From assembly GCA_000004985.1 (NCBI GenBank), contig GG738866.1: a DNA stretch of 64,000 nt. The stretch is one strand, 5' to 3'. Both the position numbers and the translations under genes were made by a program. Of this stretch, positions 56,187 through 64,000 are shown in pieces; within the stretch, counting starts at the first letter, position 1, and the number at the start of each line of letters is the position of its first letter. Below the pieces are notes generated by a model. The model was not told the origin of the DNA. It was given only the letters and a program-made list of their open reading frames with translations, and searched no databases. Source of the DNA: Naegleria gruberi (lineage: Eukaryota).

Positions 56187-57883
56187 AATGTACACGGAAT
56201 AATTTACAAAAATTCACAAGACTGTCTAATCAGTCACTTAGTTATACTTCTTATTATTAGGAATCACAAAAATACACAATGTGTTCCTCCAAAATCTTAT
56301 GAAAAACCGAACGATATGATGATGTCCTCTTTTTCAAAAGCGAAAGTGTTTGTAGTATTTGATGTTTTGGCTATTTTTTTTAACCTTCATTCAATCTTTC
56401 ACTACTCGTGATGATAAACAATATCAAAATACCAAATCAAGCCTTACCCAAAGGCTCAGAGTTGAAAGTTGTTCTTCTTGCTCGATGCCATAGTGGTGAT
56501 GAATAATACAAAAGTTTGTAATGATGATGTAAGTAAAAAATTGGAGGGATTTTTTGCAGCTCAAAGTGCCTTGTCAGAACTAGATTGGTGTTGTAGTTGT
56601 TGGTTCAATAAGGATCCATACGGATTGTAGGGATAATGGAATGCTGTCTATATGGTATTTAGCTGAGAATTGAGTAATACATTGCTGGTACTACAACACT
56701 ACGATTCAATGAATACTACTACGAACAAAACTGTACAATTTTTGATCTACAGTACTCTTCATTATTCAAATAGTAATTTAGGAGTAATTCAAATAGTCCC
56801 TCGACGATGACTATTCAGCTAGATGTTGAGGTATTCATCAATGATAATCACCATCTGGTGTTGATAATTTTTTTGAGGTTGCATCTCACTAAGGTAACAA
56901 GAGAGAATATTCACTACAAGCATTAAGGGTCTTTATTTGGAGTTTTTGAGATGAAGAGTTTCAATGTAAGCAATGTTAAAAATCAAATAGAGGTGACATG
57001 TTTCTTTTAAATTCATTATTTCTTCCTTCTTGACAATAAAGACAGGTACCTCTTAGTTTACAAAGAGTTTTTATAATCAATATAAAAATTACTCTACTTC
57101 CTAGCACCACAATACTATTATGAATCTACTCTTCTTTTTTGCTTGTAATATCTGATTAACAAATTATTGAGGAAAATTTCATTTCTTTTAAATTGATTCA
57201 ATCTATCAATTTGAACACTTAGCATATTCACGGTCAAACTCCCAGCTTTTCCTGCAATTATAACTTGTTATTTCGTAATTAATTTATAAAACAAACTCAT
57301 TTGGTCCATTATGATCCATCACTTGAGGGTTTAATTAATAATAATATCTGAAATATTGTCTAATTGATCAGATTGATTTCTGCTTGTAAATCCATTCTAA
57401 GGTACAATAACAACATCCAATATTAACGTTAACCAAAGAGTAAGCCACTTACAAGTCAATGGTTATAGACAACATCTATCAACAAAGTTCACAACCCAAA
57501 TTTGCACAGTGATCGTTAACATTTAATTGACAATCAACCTTTTGGGAAGTTGACAGAAATTTATCAGTTACAACATTCATTATTGTCAACTCAAGCTTAC
57601 AAGTCAGTTTGCAGCTTGTAGTATATGTGAAAAGCTGATAAGGTTTTTCACTACTTTGTCTCTTGTTCTCTAAATTGAAACTTCTCTCGTTCAGCAATTA
57701 ACCAAAATCTAAAATGTCAAATTTTCAAAAATCACTTCCATCATTATTAAGGAGATTCTCTTAACAATAACTCATATCCAATAACGTGATTCTCTAGAAC
57801 AACCTCCTACTAACATCCAAAAAAACTGTCTTTGATGGATTCAAATAAACAATAGGCAACACTTTCTGGAGCAAACCAATCAA

Positions 57884-60800
57884 ATGTCCACATCATTTCA
57901 ACAGCTTTCAGAAAAAATGAAACGAATGTTTGGAAGCCGTACGAACAATACTGACAAATCAAAAGATCAGTACGTTCTTGGCTCTTCCTCCAATAACAAC
58001 AACAACAACAATACCAACAGTAATAATAACAATGGTAGTAATACTAATGGTGGTAATACTACTACTTCTACCAATAATTCTCAACAACCTACTACATCAA
58101 GTCAACCACCACCACAAAATTCATCCAAACAAGCACCACCAAGAAAAGGATCACGGAATATGGAAATTTCCAGACCAACTAGTTTTAGATTATTGCAAAG
58201 TTTCGCCACAACAGACTCCAATTCTTCTTCATCAAAATCTAACGGCCATCCATATTCAAATGGCGGGGAAAGTAAAAAAAATTCATCATCAAATGGCAGC
58301 AGCAATACATCCTCATCCGCATCATCTACAAGTGCAACGAGTAATAGTCAGACTAGTAGTAGTAGCAGCAGTAGCCTTTCGATTGTTTCGTCCATTGATA
58401 CACAATCATTGAGTTCTCAGGGATCCGTTTCGGGAGATGTAAATATTACCATCAATGATGATCATCATAGCAATGGTCAGCAAAATATGAATTCGGGAGA
58501 GAGAAGTGAATCACCCAATTCAATCACTCCACAAAAGTTGCAAATACCCTCTCCAAAGGCTATGCATCATGGAAGAAGTCCAACATCTTTCAATGTTCCT
58601 TCCTTAACTTCAGTGTTGGTGCAACAGGGCGATAAGGTGCATCATCGAACAAAGTTTAATGAAATTTCTGTTCGTCAATTATCTCCAATGAGTTCTAGAT
58701 CTCCAGTCAAATCTCCTGAATTGGAGTTGACAGAAGAAAGACTCAATAAGATAAATGAGGATTTTGAGGCTGTTTTAAAGAGTAGAGCAGTCAAGCAATA
58801 TGGTATGTTTATTGATATATGTTTTAGTATATTTAATCCTGAATATTATTAGAAATTGAATACGTGAAAAAGAATTGGTCTTTGAAACAAAAACTAGTTT
58901 TTATTCAAATGAACGAGCAACTCAATAACATGTCGAGTGAGAATTCTTATAATGATCCAAATTCAGAGCCATTGACAGTTGCTGATGAAATTAGAGAAAC
59001 TCTTGTAGTCATCTTTTCTTACTTACAAGATTATGAATATCTCATTACAAACGTCAGAACTCATCACAGAAGATTGCACGTAATCTTGGAAACTGTGAGA
59101 CACTTATCTGTTGCCTTAAGAACACGCGAGATTAATTTTGTTACCGAGTTTATTCAGCAAGATGGTATTAATGCATTAAGTCTTTTATTGACCAAAGTTA
59201 ATAGAATTTACAAACTGAACTTGCATACAGAGAAACAAAGAAAGAAGAAGATTTCTTATCAATTAACCGAGTTGGAAATTTTACAACAAATCATCTTGTG
59301 TTTCCATTCTATTGTTGATACAGATGAAGGAATGGAAGCATTGATTGCACACTCTGATGTTATCAAACACTTGTTAATGATTTGTGACTTTGAAGCATTC
59401 CTCAAGGAAATGTTGGACTATTCAAACTTTATTACTAATAACAGTAGAAATGAAACTGTTCAAAGTCCAAGAGGAACAAAACCATTTAGCACTCAAACTA
59501 ATACCTCATCCTCTGGAGCAGAGAATAATGATGGATCAAGTTCAGACGAAGAGCCTGAAAATGATGCTCAATCTATTTCTGTTCTTTCCTCACCAAGAGA
59601 ATCTAGAAGAAAAACGACAGAGACACTGAAAGGTCTTGTCAACCAAATGATTGTTCAAAAGTCTAACCTAAGATCTAAAATTCTAGTCCTGTTATCAGTT
59701 GTGGCCTACTATGGCGAGAATGGTTTTTGGATCATTTTAGAATCTGTCAATAGCTATAAATTGATGAAGAATGAAAAGCACAGATTCAAAGAAATGTTCC
59801 ACTGTATGGAATCAGTTTTTTATCACGAGCAAGAGCTAGCAGCTCACATTTTAATGTTTATGAATTCATTCCTTTATGCTTCTAAGAATTCGAGTTTTGC
59901 AAGTCATATATATAGAGAATTTATTAACTTTGATGTTAAGAAATTTGTCAGCGAAAAGTATGCCAGCAAGGAGGAAATTACAAATGGAAAACTCTTAAAT
60001 CAGTGTAAAATGTTCCTTGACTTTGAAAATAACGAAAGAAGAATATTCCAAAATGCTTTCAAAGGAGATGGTATTTCTAAGGAAGACGAAGACCTTTGGC
60101 TTTCCTTGTCAGATCCTGTTGAAATTGCCAAAGTAATGAAAATGAGATTGAGTGAATCTGCCGAGTCTAATAGTAGTATGATTAATACCATGAAATTGTT
60201 ACTTCTCATAACTATGAATAAGAATAAGGACAAACTTGACTCCAAGTGGACCCTCGTTGAAAAGGTACTTGCAGATACTATTACACCTTCTGGAGATGTG
60301 ACAGAAAAGAGTGGTGGAGCTGACAGAATTGAATCTCTCAAATTACAAACAACTATTGATTTGCAAAGAGACAGTATCAAGGCACTGGAAAAGGAACGCA
60401 CTCAAGCATTGGATATTATCTCACAATTAACAGACATCACTAGAAACAATAAGGAAAATGCAACAGTTAGTGTTTCTAAATTCGATTCTCAAGACAATCC
60501 TCTGCTCGACAAGCTTGTCGATTTTTCAAAGAATCCACTCGCTGAAAAGTATTCATTCTCTGTAAATATTGTGGAACCTGTAGAAGCTCTCATTCCTCCA
60601 CCTCCTGGTATGGGTGGTATTCCACCACCACCAGGTTCTGGCATTCCACCTCCACCTGGAATGGGAATACCTCCACCTCCTGGTATGGGTGGCATTCCAC
60701 CTCCACCAGGCTCTGGTATTCCACTACCTCCTGGTGTTCCACCACCACCTGGAATGCCTGGTGTTCCTCCACCGCCAGGTTCTGGTATTCCAATGCCTCC

Positions 60801-62133
60801 TGGTGGTGGCTTTTTTGGAATGAAAACCAAACTTCCAAAATTACCAGAGCTTAAAGCCACCAAAGACACTAAAAAGATTCACATAGCAGGCGACAAGATC
60901 AATAACAAGGACATTGAAGGAACTGGTTGGATGAGTATTTTAGAAGAAAATGCTGAAAAAATGAGCAAGATATTCGACAAGAATCTATTCGAAAATAACT
61001 TCCAAAAGAAGGAAACAAGAGATGCTCCATCGCAAGAAAAGGAGAATGTTCCTACTCTTGTTTCATTCCTTGACTCGAAGACTTCATACCAACTTGCATT
61101 GTTATTGGGCTTTTTGAAGAAGAATGAAAGAGAAATTAGAAAACATGTAATTGATTTGAATGAAAAGGAACTTCAAAAGCAAACTATTCACAGTTTGAAA
61201 GACTTGTGTCCTGAAGAAGACAAATTCAAGGAAATTGAAAGTTTCGTACAGAAAGGAGATGGTTATTTGGAACAGCTGGAACCTGGTGACAAACTCTTCT
61301 ATGCCATGAAAGACATTCCAAGACTTAAACAAAGATTCACTGCATGGTCAAGCCAAATTTACTTTGAAGGATCTGTTATTAGTGTAGAACCAGATATTGA
61401 ATCCTTGAATAGAGCATGCAAGAATATTGTGCAATGCAAGAGTTTACAAAGATTGATGACATTAATAGTATTGCTTGTCAACTTTTTGAATAAGGCCAAG
61501 ACTGACAAGGACAGAGTTTATGGTTTCAAGCTTAACTTTTTGACAAAACTTGGTGATATCAAATCTTCTAGCGATCCAAATCGTTCAATGATGAATTATC
61601 TTTGCGAATTCTTGTTGGCCAAGGATGACAAGTTAATTCCAGAACTTCTCAAGGAATTGAAAGACTATGCTGAAGTCGGATCTAGAATTGAGCTTCCAGA
61701 ATTGAAGAAAGAAATTGGCAAACTTAACGAGTCCTTAAAAGTCATTCAAACTGAACTCGAATTCTACAAGAAGGAGCAAAAGTTTATCAATGACAAATTC
61801 CCAAAGCAATTGGATGAATTCTATCAATATGCCAAATCTGAAATGCAAAAAATTAACAAGGCCCAAGAAAAATTGGAAAAGATTTTGAAAGAGGTTGCCA
61901 AATTCTTTGGCGAAAAGGAGAAGGATGTCTGCGATACTCCTCACTTATTCTTCACTGCTGTTTCAAACTTCTTGAAACAACTCGACGCTACTTTTACCAA
62001 GCTCAAGGAAGAAAAGGAAAAGAACAAGGATGACCAATTAAGAAAAGAATTGAAGAACTTTTTGCAGAATAGAAGACCAGAAGGAAACATGACCATTCTC
62101 TCAGCAGTAGCTAACGGTGATATTAAACAATAA
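57884..62133 (+). CDS. Formin (GBD/FH3 - FH1 - FH2)
   Basis: Exon 1 is 57884..58802 (Ser/Asn-rich N-terminus). The intron spans 58803..58852 (GTATGT...TATTAG, phase 1). Exon 2 is 58853..62133. The FH1 region is 'PPPPGMGGIPPPPGSGIPPPPGMGIPPPPG...'. The FH2 region includes 'GDKLFYAMKDIPRLKQRFTAWSSQIYFEGSV...LQRLMTLIVLLVNFLN...GFKLNFLTKLGDIKS'. Upstream is an armadillo-like GBD/FH3 region. Confidence 0.8.
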
Positions 62134-62157
62134 AACAAACATAGATGATTAATCAAT

Positions 62158-63346
62158 TTAAATAATGAATTTTTTGAATTCTTCATGTTCAGCAAAGAAG
62201 TTCCACATTGTTGTGTCAGCTTTGGTCATTATTTGTCTGTTTGGTTCTTGTTTCTTGACGTGTGTAACTGTTCTATCGAATTTATCATGCACAGAACCCT
62301 CATCTGAATCCTTTAAAAAGTTTACAATCAATTGAGCTGTATCTTGTTCTCTTTCCATGAAGAACATGTGTCGTGTATTGTTCAAAATGACAAATCTCGA
62401 CTTGCTATTCTCCTTCAATAAATCATAATAGATTGGGAAACATTCAGTACTTGGAACTGTCAAATCAAAGATTGACCAAATGAGGAAAACTCTAATATTT
62501 GATTTACCAACAATTCGAATCTGTTCATCACTTCCCTGCAATGGAAAATTACTTTCGAAAAATGTAAATATTCAATGTCATCATAATACCTACGTAAATG
62601 AATTAACAAATGAAGTTACTTGAGAATTATTCTCATCTTCCTTATTTTTCATTTCCACTGCGTATTTCATTCTCTCCTGAACTAGAGAATCATTCAAATC
62701 AAAAAGTCCAGTAGCAACCTTTTGTTCATCAGTTGATGCCTTATGCAAAGCTCCATAAACAACATTTCCCAACCATGGAACCTTTACAAGTGAACTTCCA
62801 AATGGCAATTTCCAAGTTGCACCAGCAGGTGAAAACAAAATCAAATCATCCACAATATCCGAATGTTTAGCAGCAAAATGTACAGATACACATCCACCCA
62901 TCGAAAATCCAATCTGTTATTCTCGGTCTCTTTGTTTCTAATTTGATTCCAATCATTATTTTGAATACATTATATATTCATCATGATCAAAATATATACC
63001 AACCTCTTTTTGTATGAGCTTTAATAATTAAATTATCAATCAATTCATACAACTGATCCACAAACAAATCAGCCGAATGTTCAATCTCTGGATTTTCAGA
63101 TTTTCCTCTTCCGTACTTATCATAACGTAAATAAATTGTTTTTTCCGATGATGCTGATGATGAATTCAAAGTCTGCTCAATAGCCTTCATCAAATGTAAA
63201 TAAGAATAGGAGTGTGAGGAAATTCCACAAACAAAAACAATGGCATGATCCACTTGATCAGATTCCGATGGTCCATCCAAGATGTATCTGGTTTTTCCGT
63301 GCTTGGTTTTCAAATAGGTACAATTGTCTGCTGGCAATGTTTGCAT
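62158..63346 (-). CDS. Alpha/beta-hydrolase fold protein (paralog B), three exons, one junction out of frame
   Basis: Exon 1 is 62999..63346 (ATG at 63346). Exon 2 is 62594..62913 ('IGFSMGGCVSVHFAAKH', the GXSXG elbow). Exon 3 is 62158..62551 ('NNTRHMFFMEREQ', catalytic His region). Intron 2 (62552..62593, GTAGGT...CGAAAG) is frame-consistent. Across intron 1 (62914..62998, GTATAT...AACAG) the only GT/AG pairs leave a 1-nt phase mismatch at 'AGAGGTTG|GTATAT', which points to a G-run indel or an unusual splice. Architecture and motifs parallel the hydrolase at 21265..22171. Confidence 0.5.
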
Positions 63347-63504
63347 TTTTTTTAAAATTGTATTGTAAATTATTTTAATCTACCGATTCGTTGACTAATA
63401 TTACAATTTAACAATAAGATAGAAGACCATACTTTATGAAAATTGTTGAAGAGTCGCTATTTGTTTCTAATATTGAAAAATAGAAAAGAAATAGTAAAAT
63501 TATC

Positions 63505-63576
63505 CTCCCATGCCGGGAATTGAACCCGGACCTCCTGGGTGAAAGCCAGGTATCCTAGCCATTGGACTACACGGGA
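63505..63576 (-). tRNA. tRNA-Glu (UUC), second copy, identical over 72 nt to 12945..13016
   Basis: Identical sequence. The immediate flanks are also conserved: 'TAAAATTATCC' on the 3' side and 'TTCAWATTGAAAATATT' at -12 on the 5' side. Confidence 0.9.
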
Positions 63577-63587
63577 TCTTGTTCATA

Positions 63588-63598
63588 TTGAAAATATT
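63588..63598 (-). promoter_or_regulatory. Conserved tRNA 5'-flank element (second copy)
   Basis: Plus-strand TTGAAAATATT at the same 12-nt offset from the tRNA 5' end as at 13028. Confidence 0.4.
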
Positions 63599-64000
63599 TC
63601 ATAAATGTAATCAAGATAGCAAAATATTTCGTAAAGTTTGAGTACTGAACGTTTAGGAAATTCACAAGCTTAATAGAATCAAATGCTGTTAAAAAATATT
63701 AATTTCAAATGAATGAGTATCTTAATTTCATTAGGCTTAAATGTCGATGAGATTATCATTGCAGCTTTTTATAGAACTTGACAGTAAACTTATCTTCTGT
63801 CAAACACGCAATTTAGTCAACCCAGTTATCTTGGAACAAAACATTAAAGGAATGCAAGTACCAGTGCTAACGGCGGCGAACAGACGAAAAAAAATGATTG
63901 ACATTCGCTTTGGTAAGTTGCTTTCTAATACATAAACTAATCAGCAAAGTAATCTCATTACTAGTACTTGCGTTGTGGTCAAGTGTTGCTCTCGCACAGC

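Noticed and set aside
56500-56670. Possible C/D-box snoRNA or mini-intron ('ATGATGATG|GTAAGTAAAAAATTGGAGGGATTTTTTGCAG', with CTGA downstream)
   Set aside because: Only loose RUGAUGA/CUGA matches with no convincing terminal stem or guide region. A 31-nt GTAAGT..GCAG segment is shorter than every verified intron here.

Overview
This window is eukaryotic nuclear DNA, roughly 65% AT and densely packed with genes. There is no bacterial operon, CRISPR array or mobile element. I can support about 27 protein-coding genes on both strands plus two identical tRNA-Glu(UUC) genes.

The features below all point to an amoebozoan, most plausibly a dictyostelid-type social amoeba, though this is an inference and the species is not identified:
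- introns are short (about 42-165 nt), beginning GTAAGT, GTATGT or GTAGGT and ending YAG;
- several genes have a tiny first exon (14 and 16 nt);
- there are poly-N/Q tracts, an RWP-RK factor and a GATA-like factor.

The recognisable gene set is:
- CRT-like transporter (partial, at the window edge)
- TPR-like protein
- Mut7-C nuclease-like protein
- C2-domain protein with a Met/Gln-rich tail
- RWP-RK factor
- ZNF511-like zinc finger
- F-box/ankyrin protein
- divergent actin
- PA200/Blm10 proteasome activator
- DDX3/Ded1 helicase
- two alpha/beta-hydrolase paralogs
- PTPDC1-like phosphatase
- SH3-RhoGEF
- TXNDC9/PhLP3
- multi-KH protein
- CHMP4/Snf7
- PARG
- IQ-motif protein
- a 1618-aa acidic protein carrying about 27 D/E-FGDF-P motifs
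- a giant secreted EGF-repeat receptor-like protein of more than 3400 aa, interrupted by a 50-N assembly gap
- an atypical GATA factor
- a formin.

I did not find a novel defence-type or prokaryote-like system. The observations worth following up are:
- the FGDF/DDW motif-array protein;
- the tandem 0.96-kb repeats inside the EGF gene;
- the duplicated tRNA-Glu genes with conserved flanks, each sitting directly upstream of a protein gene;
- a Rab GTPase gene relic;
- a 61-nt micro-exon in the CRT-like gene;
- four places where a conserved reading frame breaks, two of them at G homopolymers.
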